Positions 19,170 to 29,868 of a DNA stretch of 64,000 bases are shown one piece after another (within the stretch, counting starts at the first letter, position 1; the number at the start of each line of letters is the position of its first letter). Under the pieces are notes generated by a model. The model saw only the letters and a list, made by a program, of their open reading frames with translations. It had not been told where the DNA came from and ran no database searches. Both the position numbers and the translations under genes were made by a program. The stretch comes from Lysobacterales bacterium (GTDB taxonomy: Bacteria > Pseudomonadota > Gammaproteobacteria > Xanthomonadales > SZUA-38): contig JANQOZ010000004.1 of NCBI GenBank assembly GCA_028285525.1, positions 3,329-67,328 on the forward strand, in the 5' to 3' direction.

Positions 19170-19673
19170 ATGGCGAAAGACCCCAATGAGCCCTGGTGGG
19201 CGGTGATCGGCCCGGACGAGGGCGAATCCTGGTGGCAGCCCATGCCCTCCAGCGGCTACGTCACCCTGAAACTCACCCCGGAAACCATGCCCTACGACGG
19301 TTTCACCAGCGGCATCCAGGTGCTGCCGCCAGGCCACCGCGTGCGTGAACATGGACATCGGGTGAACCACGAGCTGGTGTTCATCTACGAAGGTTCCGGG
19401 CGCGTTGAGATCGAGGGCAATAACTACTCGGTGGAAAAGGGTGCCACCGTGCTTTTCGGGCGGTACGCCTGTCACGTTATTGAAAACACCGGCGACGTGG
19501 ATATGAAGATGTTCTGGGTATTTATGCCGCCCGGCCTTGAGCACTGGTTCCGCGGCATCGGCAAACCTCGGGAGGCCGGCGATCCGATGCCTGATCCGTT
19601 CCCCAGGCCTGACGGCGTGGAGAACATCATGGAGATGCTGCGGTTTGTGCCGCCGCCACCCGACGCCAAGTAA
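19170..19673 (+). CDS. cupin domain protein
   Basis: 167 aa. Cupin motifs GHRVREHGHRVNHELVFIYEG and GRYACHVIEN. First gene of a 5-gene plus-strand operon. Confidence 0.75.
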   Translation: MAKDPNEPWWAVIGPDEGESWWQPMPSSGYVTLKLTPETMPYDGFTSGIQVLPPGHRVREHGHRVNHELVFIYEGSGRVEIEGNNYSVEKGATVLFGRYACHVIENTGDVDMKMFWVFMPPGLEHWFRGIGKPREAGDPMPDPFPRPDGVENIMEMLRFVPPPPDAK

Positions 19674-20657
19674 ATGCGCATCATCAACCGTGAGGCGCTG
19701 GCCGGCTGCCTGAGCCACAGCGATTGTGTGGCTGCGCTCGCGCCGGCGATGCAAATGGTGTCGGCCGGCCGAGTCGATATGCCGCTGCGACAGTACATGC
19801 AGATTCCGGATACAGATGGTGGCAAGTTCACCCTGATGCCCGGCTACCTGGACGACCCTCGTGGCTTCGGCGTCAAGATCGTCTGCAAATATCCTCGCGA
19901 GCCAGACTCGCCCTACGGATCGCACGTCGGCGCGGTGATGCTGTTCGACGCGGAGCATGGCATTGCGCTGGCGTTGATCGACGGCTCGGAGCTGACGGCC
20001 ATCCGCACGGCGGCCGCCAGCGCGCTGGCCACCCGGGAGCTGGCGCGGGACGACAGCCGCGTGCTGGCCATTCTCGGCACCGGGCTGCAGGCGCTGCATC
20101 ATGTTCACGCCATTCGCGCCGTTCGGCCAATTGACGAGGTTCGCATCTGGGGGCGGAGCCTGGCGAACGCTGAGGCGCTGGCCCAAAGTCTTGAGCTGCC
20201 GGCTGAGGTTTCGGTGGCAGCCACGGACAGCGTCGACGCCGCGCTCGATGGTGCGGACGTTATCTGCACCACCACGTCGGCCAAAACGCCGATACTGCCG
20301 GGCGCTCGGCTCAGTGCCGGTCAGCACGTCAACCTGGTCGGGGCGGCCATCATGGAAGCCGCGGAAGCCGACGCAGAGGTCGTTCGCCGTAGCCGCTTTG
20401 TGATCGACTACTGGCCCTCCGCGCGAGACCAAGCCGGCGAACTGGCTGCTGCGCTGGCGGATGGGCTGACCGAGGAAGAGGCGGTCGCAGGCGAAATCGG
20501 GCAGATCCTGGCGGGCAGCGTGCCCGGTCGGCAGGACGACGCGCAAATCACGGTGTACAAATCGCTTGGGGTAGCGGCGCAGGATCTGGCGGCGGCCCAC
20601 ATGGCTTATCAGCGCGCCCATGAACAGGACCTGGGCGTCGTCGTAGACTGGACCTGA
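19674..20657 (+). CDS. ornithine cyclodeaminase / mu-crystallin family protein
   Basis: 327 aa. Family-typical TAIRTAAASALA and Rossmann ILGTGLQALHHV. Starts directly after the cupin stop. Confidence 0.9.
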   Translation: MRIINREALAGCLSHSDCVAALAPAMQMVSAGRVDMPLRQYMQIPDTDGGKFTLMPGYLDDPRGFGVKIVCKYPREPDSPYGSHVGAVMLFDAEHGIALALIDGSELTAIRTAAASALATRELARDDSRVLAILGTGLQALHHVHAIRAVRPIDEVRIWGRSLANAEALAQSLELPAEVSVAATDSVDAALDGADVICTTTSAKTPILPGARLSAGQHVNLVGAAIMEAAEADAEVVRRSRFVIDYWPSARDQAGELAAALADGLTEEEAVAGEIGQILAGSVPGRQDDAQITVYKSLGVAAQDLAAAHMAYQRAHEQDLGVVVDWT

Positions 20658-20659
20658 CG

Positions 20660-21535
20660 ATGGTCGCCCGCCTTCAAACCCTGCTCGATCACCCGGCGCC
20701 GGTCGTTGCACCGGGGGTCGCGGACACGCTGGCTGCGCTGGCGGCTGAGCGGGCAGGCTTCCAGGCGTTGTTTGTATCCGGCTCGGCCGTGGCGCAGGCG
20801 CACCTCGGTCGCCCGGACATCGGGGTTACCGATGCCAATCTGCTGACCGACGTTACTCGCCGAATCGTCGAGCGCGTGGGGATCCCGGTCTGCGCGGATA
20901 TTGATACCGGCTTTGGCAACGCCTTCAACGTTTATCAAACGGTTCGGGCCATGACGCTGGTAGGCGCCGCCTGCGTCCAGATGGAAGATCAGCAGACCGT
21001 TAAGCGTACGAGCCAGGCGGTCGAGCGACCGCTCATCCCCCTGCCCGACATGCTGACCAAGCTCCGAGCCGCGCAGGATGCTCGCGGCGATTCTGAGCTG
21101 CTCATCAGCGCTCGCACGGACGCCCGCTATACCGAAGGCGTAGGCAGCGCCATCGAGCGCGCGGCAGCCTTCGCAGAAGCGGGCGCCGACCTGGTGTTTG
21201 TTGAAGGCCTGCAGAATGCGCAAGAGCGCGAGGCGCTCAAACGGACACTCCCGGCCGACGTGCCGAGAGTGTTCAACACGGCGATCCTAGAAACGCCCGA
21301 CGCCGAATCTGTCTCGGTCGCGGCGAGCGAGGGATACCGCCTGATTCTGACGCCAACGCTGACAACCCGCGCTGCGGTGGCCTCGATGACCCAGTCGCTG
21401 GCGGAGCTTGCCGGTCGCTGCCCCGAAGGCAGCGTCAAGGCGGGCGCCGCGGAACCGACCTCCGACGTCTCAATCGTGATCGGCGCCGCCGATCATCTCC
21501 AACGTGCAAAACAATGGGAGTTGACCCATGAATGA
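20660..21535 (+). CDS. isocitrate lyase / PEP mutase family enzyme
   Basis: 291 aa. Motifs DIDTGFGN and VQMEDQ. Resembles 2-methylisocitrate lyase / carboxyvinyl-carboxyphosphonate phosphorylmutase-like proteins. Confidence 0.88.
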   Translation: MVARLQTLLDHPAPVVAPGVADTLAALAAERAGFQALFVSGSAVAQAHLGRPDIGVTDANLLTDVTRRIVERVGIPVCADIDTGFGNAFNVYQTVRAMTLVGAACVQMEDQQTVKRTSQAVERPLIPLPDMLTKLRAAQDARGDSELLISARTDARYTEGVGSAIERAAAFAEAGADLVFVEGLQNAQEREALKRTLPADVPRVFNTAILETPDAESVSVAASEGYRLILTPTLTTRAAVASMTQSLAELAGRCPEGSVKAGAAEPTSDVSIVIGAADHLQRAKQWELTHE

Positions 21536-23045
21536 CCTGACGGCTGCAGCCAGTTTTGATCTCAAGCCGGGTACCACGGCTTTCCTCAGCAAGCGGCGAC
21601 ACCAGCTGCTGATCAACAACGAGTGGATCGATCCGCCTAATTTGGATCGCATCGACACGCTCGATCCCGCCACCGGAGAGGTGCTCGGCGATATCCCCGA
21701 GGCGGGCAAAGCGGAGATAGAGCAGGCCGTCAGCGCCGCTCGGGCTGCCCTGACGTCGGATGCCTGGCACGGACTGACGGGCTCAGCGCGGTCGCGCCTC
21801 CTGTGGCGCATGGCCGATCTGATGGAGGAGAACATCGACGAGCTGTCTGAGCTGGAAACGCTCGACCAGGGCAAACCTCTGGGCGTCGGTCGCTGGGCAG
21901 AGATCCCGGGCTCCGTCGAGCAGTTCCGCTTTTTTGCCGGCCAGTGCAACCGGCTGGAGGGCACGCAGATTCCGACGTCGATCGCCTACCAGCCGCCGGG
22001 TAAGCGTATCCATGCCTATACCCGTAAGGAACCGGTAGGCGTGGTCGCAGCGATTGTGCCTTGGAACTCACCGATCATCATGGCGGCCATGAAGCTCGCA
22101 CCGGCGCTGGCGGCAGGCTGCACCGTGATCCTGAAGCCCGCCGAAGACACCTCGCTGACGGCCCTGAGGCTAGGTGAACTGGCCATCGAAGCCGGCTTTC
22201 CGCCGGGGGTCATCAACATCCTCACTGGCCGCGGCGAGAAGACCGGCAAGGCGCTGGCAAAACACCCCGGCATCGACAAGGTGGCCTTCACCGGCTCCAC
22301 GGGGGTCGGCAAGCAAATCCTGAAGTACGCCCGGCACAACCTGAAGCGCGTGACCCTGGAGCTGGGCGGCAAATCACCGGTGATTGTCATGGGTGATGCC
22401 GACATGGAGGCGGCGATCGGCGGCGCCGCCAACTCGATCTTCTTCAACGCCGGCCAGGTCTGCGTCGCCGGCTCGCGGATCTACGCGCATCGATCGGTCT
22501 ACGATCAGCTGGTGGAAGGTGTCAGCGCCTACGCAGACGGTCTCAAGCTCGGTCACGGCCTTGATCAGACGACACAGTGCGGGCCGCTGGTCAGCAAGAA
22601 GCAGCAGGCCCGGGTGCTGGGTTACATCAATCAGGGCAAAGAAGACGGGGCTGAAGTGGTGACCGGCGGAGCGGCGCTCGACGATCCGGGCAGCTTTGTT
22701 CAGCCCACGGTGGTGGCCAACGTTGCGCCCGAGATGTCGATCGTCCGCGAGGAGATTTTTGGTCCGGTTTGTGTGGTCACGCCGTTTGACGAAAACGATG
22801 AGGTGCTGGCTCTGGCGAACGACTCCGACTACGGCCTGGCCGCCAGCATCTGGACCGAGTCACTCAGCACCGCGCACCACATGGCCGAAGATCTGCAGGC
22901 GGGCACGGTGTGGATCAACAGCCACTCCATGTACGACGCAACCCTGCCGATCGGTGGGCTTAAGCAATCCGGCTGGGGTCGGGAAAGCGGTCAGCAGGCC
23001 GTCGAGAACTACCTGGAAACCAAGACGGTCTGCGCTGTCCTGTGA
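21528..23045 (+). CDS. NAD(P)-dependent aldehyde dehydrogenase
   Basis: 505 aa. ELGGKSP and catalytic Cys context FFNAGQVCVAGSR. 8-nt overlap with the upstream gene. Confidence 0.95.
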   Translation: MNDLTAAASFDLKPGTTAFLSKRRHQLLINNEWIDPPNLDRIDTLDPATGEVLGDIPEAGKAEIEQAVSAARAALTSDAWHGLTGSARSRLLWRMADLMEENIDELSELETLDQGKPLGVGRWAEIPGSVEQFRFFAGQCNRLEGTQIPTSIAYQPPGKRIHAYTRKEPVGVVAAIVPWNSPIIMAAMKLAPALAAGCTVILKPAEDTSLTALRLGELAIEAGFPPGVINILTGRGEKTGKALAKHPGIDKVAFTGSTGVGKQILKYARHNLKRVTLELGGKSPVIVMGDADMEAAIGGAANSIFFNAGQVCVAGSRIYAHRSVYDQLVEGVSAYADGLKLGHGLDQTTQCGPLVSKKQQARVLGYINQGKEDGAEVVTGGAALDDPGSFVQPTVVANVAPEMSIVREEIFGPVCVVTPFDENDEVLALANDSDYGLAASIWTESLSTAHHMAEDLQAGTVWINSHSMYDATLPIGGLKQSGWGRESGQQAVENYLETKTVCAVL

Positions 23046-23797
23046 CCGATCTGAGCGGCAAGGTCTGCCTCATCGCCGGCGCCAGTTCCGGCATGGGGCG
23101 GCGAACCGCGATCCACGCCGGCGCGTGCGGGGCAATCGTGATCTGTGCCGCCCGTCGGGTTGATCTGTGTGAGGCGGTTGCCGCAGATATTGAAGCGGCC
23201 GGCGGCACCGCCGCCGCGCTGCCGTTTGACGGTACTGCCCCCGCCTCTGTCGACAAGCTGCTGGCCGACGTCAAAGCAAAATACGGCCGGCTGGACGGTC
23301 TGTTCAACAACCTCGGCGACACGCTGGGGGCATCCACCATTGACGAAACGCCGCTGGAGCGCTGGGAGAAAACGCTGGCGGTGAACCTCACCTCGGTGTT
23401 TTATCTGCTGCGTGCTGCCATTCCGCTGATGCGGGCGAGCGGCGGGGGGGCGATCGTCAACAACAGCTCCACGGCAGGCGTTCAAGGTATCGCCACCATG
23501 GCTGACTACAGTGCGGCCAAGTGGGGGCTGATCGGGCTCTCGCGGTCGGCGGCGCTGGAGCTAGGCGCCGACAACATCCGGGTGAACGTGATCGCGCCCG
23601 GGATTATCCAGACCGAAAAAATGGAGGTCTTTCGGGAGCAGTCGCCGGCGATCTTCGACAAGCTTCTGGCGGACGTGCCGATCGGACGTTTCGGGGATAT
23701 GCAGCACGTCGCTGAACTGGTGACCTGGCTGCTGTCGGACGCTTCGGGCTACGTCAACGGCGTCACTCTTCCCATCGACGGCGGCCGCACTGCCTAG
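23042..23797 (+). CDS. short-chain dehydrogenase/reductase (SDR)
   Basis: 251 aa. GASSGMGR cofactor motif and YSAAK catalytic motif. GTGA overlap with the ALDH stop. Confidence 0.92.
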   Translation: MTDLSGKVCLIAGASSGMGRRTAIHAGACGAIVICAARRVDLCEAVAADIEAAGGTAAALPFDGTAPASVDKLLADVKAKYGRLDGLFNNLGDTLGASTIDETPLERWEKTLAVNLTSVFYLLRAAIPLMRASGGGAIVNNSSTAGVQGIATMADYSAAKWGLIGLSRSAALELGADNIRVNVIAPGIIQTEKMEVFREQSPAIFDKLLADVPIGRFGDMQHVAELVTWLLSDASGYVNGVTLPIDGGRTA

Positions 23798-25227
23798 AGG
23801 TCGATCCCTTTGCCGAGCTTTTTGCGACAGCGGTCGAAGGCCAGGCTGATACGGGTCGTGTTGCGGATACGCTCGATCTCCGGCCACACGGCCCGCCGCC
23901 CTGACAGCACCAGCCGCTGAAACAGCCGCGGATTTGGGTTGGCGAAAGTCCGCACGTAGTCGCGCCACTGTGCTTTTGGATGGATCGTCACGTCCCCCCT
24001 GTAGGTCTGAGAGGAGATGGCGTGGGCGTGGTTGATCAGCGACTGCAGTCCGGGCACCTCCAGGTTCTGCTGAGCCGCCTCCAGGATGTGGGTGATCTGG
24101 TGGATAGGTCCGGAAATCAAAAGCTGCTTCAGGAACGGGATCACCCCACGCTCTTTGTCCTCATCTCCCATAAACGGCACGACGTGCGGGTTCGCCTGGC
24201 TGACGATGTAGTGATTGACGTTGTGCATCCGGTTGATGTGGGTCTTGGGCACGTCGCTGTGCACCGACCCGTCGATCCAGGTGCTCTGGGGCATGTAGCG
24301 TACCGTTCGGCCGCTGAAGTTTCGGGCCGTTAGCACCACCGGGGGAAACAGGCCAGGAATCGCGCTGGAGGCCAGCGCGGCACGCCGGACAAACACATGG
24401 GGCGCGGTCAGATAGTTGAGCAGCCGTGGAAACTGATGCGGGTCCGAGGGCGACACCGAGATGTTCAGCTTGCGACCGGTACGTGCGTAGGCTTCTTCAA
24501 ACGTGAGCTTGGGGATGTTGCGGTCGATCGATCGCTGCAGCACCGCCGGATCCAGCACCCCATGGCCTTTCATGATGTTCTGGAGCTTCATGATGCGCGA
24601 CCACTCGAGATCGAGGTAGGCCGGGTCGAACAGGTCGCTCAGCTCATCGTCCGTATGGCAGCCCACCACGCCGGCGATGATGCTTCCGACGCTCGACCCC
24701 GACAGGACTCGCGGCAGCAGGCCCTGCAGCCACAGCTCCTGGATGACGCCCAGATGAAACAGGCCGAGGGTCGCGCCGCCGCTGAGGAGCAGCGCTGAGC
24801 GGCCAAAGCTTTGCGCGGCTCGTTTGAAGAACACCCGCTTGCTGTCTTCGCTCAAGCCCTCGAAGCGACCTTCGCATAGGTGATCGAGCGCAGAGACCAC
24901 CTCGTCCAGGTAGTCGGTGATCGCCTTCTTGGTGCCGACCCGCGCCACCTGATAAAGCGCCGGGTTGGCGATGTTGCCCAGGTTTCCGTGCAGCTCTTCC
25001 CGGAGATAAAAGGTCAGACGGTCGACCTTGTTTTCGCGCCGCAGACGGCGCAGCAGCGTGGTTCGGGCGGCGATCAGCCGGTGGTCGTAGAGAACACACT
25101 CTTTCTCCCGTTTCCACTCGTCGTGACCGGCCAGCTGGTCGAACTCGCTGGCCGCCTGCAGCCACTCCTCATAGGTGAGCGCCCGATCCATGGCGGTTTG
25201 ACAGCGGGCCAGATCCTTCTGGGTCAT
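23794..25227 (-). CDS. patatin-like phospholipase with N-terminal DUF3336-like region
   Basis: 477 aa. Oxyanion SGGATLG, lipase GSSVG, catalytic Asp in IDGS. Its stop overlaps the SDR stop by 4 nt (convergent). Confidence 0.88.
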   Translation of the reverse strand: MTQKDLARCQTAMDRALTYEEWLQAASEFDQLAGHDEWKREKECVLYDHRLIAARTTLLRRLRRENKVDRLTFYLREELHGNLGNIANPALYQVARVGTKKAITDYLDEVVSALDHLCEGRFEGLSEDSKRVFFKRAAQSFGRSALLLSGGATLGLFHLGVIQELWLQGLLPRVLSGSSVGSIIAGVVGCHTDDELSDLFDPAYLDLEWSRIMKLQNIMKGHGVLDPAVLQRSIDRNIPKLTFEEAYARTGRKLNISVSPSDPHQFPRLLNYLTAPHVFVRRAALASSAIPGLFPPVVLTARNFSGRTVRYMPQSTWIDGSVHSDVPKTHINRMHNVNHYIVSQANPHVVPFMGDEDKERGVIPFLKQLLISGPIHQITHILEAAQQNLEVPGLQSLINHAHAISSQTYRGDVTIHPKAQWRDYVRTFANPNPRLFQRLVLSGRRAVWPEIERIRNTTRISLAFDRCRKKLGKGIDL

Positions 25228-25248
25228 GGTCTTAGGAACCTGCGATGG

Positions 25249-25710
25249 TTACTGGATGAGCCCTTCGGTTCTTAGGCGGTCCTGCAGCTCTGTCAGGCGT
25301 TTCCGGTTGGCGCCCATGTCCGAGTGGCCGACCCGGGAAGCTGAGCGCAGCGCCAGCTTGCCGCTGCGATGGTGCACTTCCAGGTCGTCGACATAACCGA
25401 ACAGCGGCGTGCGGGCCTCCGCGCGGAGGTAGTCCGCGGACTCTTCGGTGACGGTGACGCCGTCCGTTTGCTTCACCTGAGCGACGATGGCGCTCCACTC
25501 AGCGTCGGCGGTTAGATCCAGGGTGGGAAAGCCGTGGTCGGGCCCTTCCGCATCGCTGGATACGCAGTTGGGGCTATCAGGGCAGGCCACAAACTGATTG
25601 TTGGTCACGCCGAGGGCCGGTGGATTGCTGCGCGAGCTGATCGCCATATAAACCGACGAGCCGAGCATAAGCGCCACCAGAATAATGATGATGTAGAACA
25701 GAATTTTCAT
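25249..25710 (-). CDS. DUF1499-like membrane-anchored protein
   Basis: Start moved to the ATG at 25710, preceded by aggagg (MKILFYIIIILVALML...). The motif CPDSPNCVSS is typical of DUF1499. Confidence 0.75.
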   Translation of the reverse strand: MKILFYIIIILVALMLGSSVYMAISSRSNPPALGVTNNQFVACPDSPNCVSSDAEGPDHGFPTLDLTADAEWSAIVAQVKQTDGVTVTEESADYLRAEARTPLFGYVDDLEVHHRSGKLALRSASRVGHSDMGANRKRLTELQDRLRTEGLIQ

Positions 25711-25808
25711 GATTTCCTCCTGACCTGCCCAACTTTGGGTGCACAAGCATAGTCGACCCGGGCGATCGGTTCCTCAAAAACTTCTTCAATCCAAGTCTGG
25801 AACCCGAT

Positions 25809-26666
25809 TCAGGTCACGAGATGCTGGTCGATCAGGGGCGAGAGCTGTTCCGCAGCCTTTTCTGCGTGGGTAAACGTCGTGGCAACGGCAGTAATGAGGG
25901 CCTCACAAACGGCCATAGCGGAGATCCCGGAACCGGAATGGAGTTCCCGCCGATTTGGTGCGCAGAGAATCAGGTCGCTAGCCTCGGCTAACGGACCGGA
26001 TAGGGAGTTTGAGATCGTAAAGACTCGACTGTTGGTGCGCGCTGCAGCCTGCGCCACTTCAACCGTCAATCGCGAGTAGCGCGGAAAAGCGATCGCGATC
26101 AGCACGTCTTCAGACGTCATCTGCAGACACTTGCGGGCTATTCCCTCTATACCGCTGTCCGCGCCCAGCTGGGTTGTATCCAGGCCCGTCCCCTGCAGGT
26201 TAAAGGCGAGGTAGCCACTCAGAAACTGGCTGCTGCCCTGCCCAATAAGGAAGACCCGCCGTGCAGATACCAGACTTTCGACGACGGTAGCGAACGCCGC
26301 TGGATCCAGGCTGTCGTTGAGGTGCTGAAGCTGGCTCGCGTCCTCTGCCAGCGAAAGCGCCAGCAGGTCGGCCGGACTCCCCGAACGAACGGTCTCCTGA
26401 AACTGATCGAGGGAGGTTTTTGAGGTCAGCTCGCGGCGGAGTACGTCGAGATAGTCCTGATAGCCCGCAAATCCCAGGCTCCGCGAGTACCGGGTTACGG
26501 TGGCGTTCGAGGTGCCACATTCCTTTGCCAGCTCCTGCAGCCCCAACATACCGCAGTCGCGGTAATGCCGAATCGTGTATTCCGCGACCCGCTTTTCTGT
26601 CGGAGAAAGGTCGGCCAGATGTTCCGAGATGGCCTGACGAATGCTGCTGGCTGGGCTGTCTTTCAT
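25809..26666 (-). CDS. MurR/RpiR-family transcriptional regulator (HTH + SIS domain)
   Basis: Start moved to the ATG at 26666 after gaggag. HTH_6-type LGLQELAKECGTSNATVTRYSRSLGFAGYQDY. SIS-like C-terminal half. Confidence 0.9.
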   Translation of the reverse strand: MKDSPASSIRQAISEHLADLSPTEKRVAEYTIRHYRDCGMLGLQELAKECGTSNATVTRYSRSLGFAGYQDYLDVLRRELTSKTSLDQFQETVRSGSPADLLALSLAEDASQLQHLNDSLDPAAFATVVESLVSARRVFLIGQGSSQFLSGYLAFNLQGTGLDTTQLGADSGIEGIARKCLQMTSEDVLIAIAFPRYSRLTVEVAQAAARTNSRVFTISNSLSGPLAEASDLILCAPNRRELHSGSGISAMAVCEALITAVATTFTHAEKAAEQLSPLIDQHLVT

Positions 26667-26919
26667 GTTCGAACTCCTCGGTACGACATCATATAGGCGA
26701 ATCGCCCAAAGACCCAATCTCAAATCAAAGAAAAAATATTTTCATGCTTTTTGTTGGTTATAGGCTCAGAAAAAACCCTATAAAATATTGAAAATAATCT
26801 ATATTTTCTCTTTACATTAGAAAATTGCAGAATTCTCCCGTTGAATTTTTGTGATTTTTTGGGATTGACGTAAATAAATTATCAGGCATAACATGGCGCA
26901 AAAGGACAGGGGAAAGCCC
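26667..26919. promoter_or_regulatory. AT-rich divergent control region (RpiR regulator / TonB receptor)
   Basis: About 23% GC in 26761-26820 by hand count, in a window that is otherwise about 65% GC. Contains TTGACG-N17-ATAACA just upstream of the receptor gene. Confidence 0.45.
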
Positions 26920-29868
26920 ATGAACCGCAAGCGCACGCTGAGTTTGTTGATTCCTGCACTGCTGGGTGGCGCCGCCGCGCATGCTCAACAGGTACAGTCA
27001 GCCACCGACAACACGGCAACGCTGGAAGAATTCACCGTAACGGGGTCGCGGCTGGAAACCGCGGAAACGGACTCGCCGGCCCCCGTCGCCACCTTTGATG
27101 TGGGATTCCTGCTGGACAACTCGGGCAGTATCTCGTTGGGAGATCAGTTGGCTGAGCTTCCACAGTTCAGTCCGCTGTCGACCCGGGCGGCATCCGTGTC
27201 ACCGACCGGCGGCACAACGACAACCGGTCTTAACCTGCTCGACCTCCGGGGCATCGGTGCCTCCCGGACCCTTGTTCTCGTTAACGGCCGACGGCACGTG
27301 AGCAGTTCGCAAGAAACCGCCCAGCCCGATATCAATACGATACCCAGCGCGTTGGTTGAGCGAGTCGAGGTGCTCACAGGCGGCGCATCCTCGGTCTACG
27401 GCGCCGACGCTATCGCGGGTGTTGTGAACCTGGTGCTGAGGAAGAACTATGAAGGCCTGGAGGCCAGCATTCGCACCGGTGTCAGTGATGAGGGAGATGG
27501 CGAAAATAGTACCGTCACCTTAACCGGCGGATTCAACTTCGCAGAAGGCAGGGGAAACCTGGCGGCCAGCCTCGAATACGCTGAGGGAGAAATTCTGCGG
27601 TACGCTGATCGCGACTTCTCCGCCGTCGAATCGACGATCCAGATCCCGAACCCCGCTGACACAGACGTGCCCGGTGCGCCGCCAGACGGAATTCCTGACT
27701 TCATTACGGTTCGAGATCTTCGACGCGCCAACATTTCCAACGGCGGCACGGTAAACACCGCGGCCGGATTTTTTCAGTTCGACAGCGCAGGAAACCTTGT
27801 GCCGGTGGATCTCGGCACAGGCGCCGTGTTTCCCGGCGGCGTCACGGACGGTGGCAGCGGCCTCAACGGACTCCAGGATGAAACCCTGATCCCCAGTCAG
27901 GACCGGATGAGTCTGAACCTGCTCGGACATTATGATGTTTCGGATCAACACAGCCTGTTTTTTGAAGGCAAGTACGTAGAGATCGACAGCGATGTGTTCT
28001 CCGGCGCACCGTTTGCCCCTTTCATCGTCCAGGCAGACAATCCGTTCCTCACGTCTCAGGCGCGGTCTGTACTCGACTCGACGACTCCATCACCCTTCGG
28101 ACCGCCGTTCTACGTGTCCAACCGAAATCACCGGGACATCGGCCCTCGCGGCATCGAGAACGAGCGCAAGACATTCCGAACGGTGTTGGGGCTTCAGGGT
28201 GACCTTACCGAGCGAACCAGTTACGAAGTTTCTTACACCTATGGCAGCACGGATACCCGATCGAGGTTCTTGAATAACGCCATCATCCCACGAATCTCTC
28301 TTTCCGCTGACGCGGTCGTGGACGTGGACGGCGTGCTGGGAAGCCCAGGTGCCACCGTTTGTCGAGCGCAGCTACTGGCGGTGTCAACGAGCACCGGCAA
28401 TCCTGATATCGATGACTGTGTAGCAGGAAATTATCTCGGTGACGGGACTGTTGATCAGGCCACGCGCGACTACGTCAACGTCGCTACTCAGGCACGTGGC
28501 GACCTGGATCAGCACGTATTCGGCGGATTCATAACCACCGACTCCAGCGATTACTTTAATCTGCCTGGCGGGCCACTCTCGTTTGTGCTCGGTGGCGAAT
28601 ACCGGAAGGAAGAGACCCGTTTCAACCCTGACCCGAGAGATACGGTTGGGGATACGGTTAACTCTGGTGTTCAGGCGGTGGACGGTGAACTGAGCGTGAC
28701 GGAGTGGTATACCGAAGTTGTTGCGCCTGTTCTGGCTGGCGAACCCTACGCTGAGCTGCTTGAGTTTCGCGGATCCGCCCGGATCGCCGACTATGATCTT
28801 GAAGGAGTCGGGACCAATACTTCCTGGGGCGTCGGTGGCGTTTATGCCCCGAACCAAAACATTCGCTTTCGCGCCTCGTACCAGGAGGCAGTTCGTGCAC
28901 CCAACATCAGCGAACTGTTCTCGCCTCAGACGCTGAGTTTGACCACGGTGCTCGACCCTTGCTCAGCCTTCGGTTTGTCCCTGGGCGGCGAGCAGCGAGC
29001 CGCCAACTGTGCGTCGATTATTCCGCCCGGAACGCCGATTCCGATCCCGACGTTTAACCTGCCGGTCACCGTCGGCGGAAATCCACAGCTGGACGTTGAA
29101 GAGGGCGAAACCACAACGTTTGGGCTTGTGATCACGCCCACCGCGTTGCCGGAATTCACGCTTTCGGTAGACTACTATGATATCGAGCTTAGCCAGGCGA
29201 TCTTCCAGGCCAACCCGTTTACCAATCTGACGCTCTGCTACGACGCCAGCAGCTTGGACAACCCCTTCTGCGATCTGATCCAGCGCGATCCGGTCACCTT
29301 CCAGCTCGCCTCGCAGTCCATCACTCCGATCAACGCAACAGGGTTTGAGGCAAGCGGGATCGACCTCGACGCATCCTATCGTTTCGACCTCGGCGCGAGC
29401 GGCTCGCTGGCTCTGAGGCTGGTCGCCAACAAGGTGCTGGATCGAAACGACTTTCTCGACCCACTGGACTCTGGTCTGGCGACCGAGGTCATCGACACGG
29501 TCGGTAATCCGGACTGGCGCTTCACATTCAACGCCAATTACCAGGTCAAATCCTTCGACTTTGGATACAACGTCCGCTACTTCTCCAGCCAGCTGCGAAC
29601 CGACCCCGCCAACGTGCGAAGCGTCAACGGCCAGCCGCCGCTGAACCCGGATATTTTTGGCCCGGAAGTTCTACGTACCGGCGGAGACGCGATTCACAAC
29701 CTAAGTGCCCGCTATTTCTTCAGCGACCGCGGCAACCTGTATGTCGGCATCGACAACGTTACGGAGCCGGACCTGCCGCCGGGCATCTACGGCGCCGGCT
29801 TCGGCGGCGCGAACTATGATGCCGTGGGGCGCTATTTTTATGCGGGTCTGAACTGGACGTTCCGCTAA
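26920..29868 (+). CDS. TonB-dependent receptor (large, about 980 aa)
   Basis: Start at the ATG at 26920 (MNRKRTLSLLIPALLGGAAAHAQ); 26893 is also possible. Plug motifs LEEFTVTGSR, VEVLTGGASSVYGADAIAGVVN. Ends ...GLNWTFR. Confidence 0.93.
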   Translation: MNRKRTLSLLIPALLGGAAAHAQQVQSATDNTATLEEFTVTGSRLETAETDSPAPVATFDVGFLLDNSGSISLGDQLAELPQFSPLSTRAASVSPTGGTTTTGLNLLDLRGIGASRTLVLVNGRRHVSSSQETAQPDINTIPSALVERVEVLTGGASSVYGADAIAGVVNLVLRKNYEGLEASIRTGVSDEGDGENSTVTLTGGFNFAEGRGNLAASLEYAEGEILRYADRDFSAVESTIQIPNPADTDVPGAPPDGIPDFITVRDLRRANISNGGTVNTAAGFFQFDSAGNLVPVDLGTGAVFPGGVTDGGSGLNGLQDETLIPSQDRMSLNLLGHYDVSDQHSLFFEGKYVEIDSDVFSGAPFAPFIVQADNPFLTSQARSVLDSTTPSPFGPPFYVSNRNHRDIGPRGIENERKTFRTVLGLQGDLTERTSYEVSYTYGSTDTRSRFLNNAIIPRISLSADAVVDVDGVLGSPGATVCRAQLLAVSTSTGNPDIDDCVAGNYLGDGTVDQATRDYVNVATQARGDLDQHVFGGFITTDSSDYFNLPGGPLSFVLGGEYRKEETRFNPDPRDTVGDTVNSGVQAVDGELSVTEWYTEVVAPVLAGEPYAELLEFRGSARIADYDLEGVGTNTSWGVGGVYAPNQNIRFRASYQEAVRAPNISELFSPQTLSLTTVLDPCSAFGLSLGGEQRAANCASIIPPGTPIPIPTFNLPVTVGGNPQLDVEEGETTTFGLVITPTALPEFTLSVDYYDIELSQAIFQANPFTNLTLCYDASSLDNPFCDLIQRDPVTFQLASQSITPINATGFEASGIDLDASYRFDLGASGSLALRLVANKVLDRNDFLDPLDSGLATEVIDTVGNPDWRFTFNANYQVKSFDFGYNVRYFSSQLRTDPANVRSVNGQPPLNPDIFGPEVLRTGGDAIHNLSARYFFSDRGNLYVGIDNVTEPDLPPGIYGAGFGGANYDAVGRYFYAGLNWTFR

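Noticed and set aside
18933-20711. 592-aa ORF on the minus strand, the longest unexplained ORF in the track
   Set aside because: It lies entirely antisense to the well-supported cupin and ornithine-cyclodeaminase genes and to the acyl-CoA synthetase start. Its Arg/His/Gly-rich composition is typical of high-GC shadow frames, and it has no recognisable motif.
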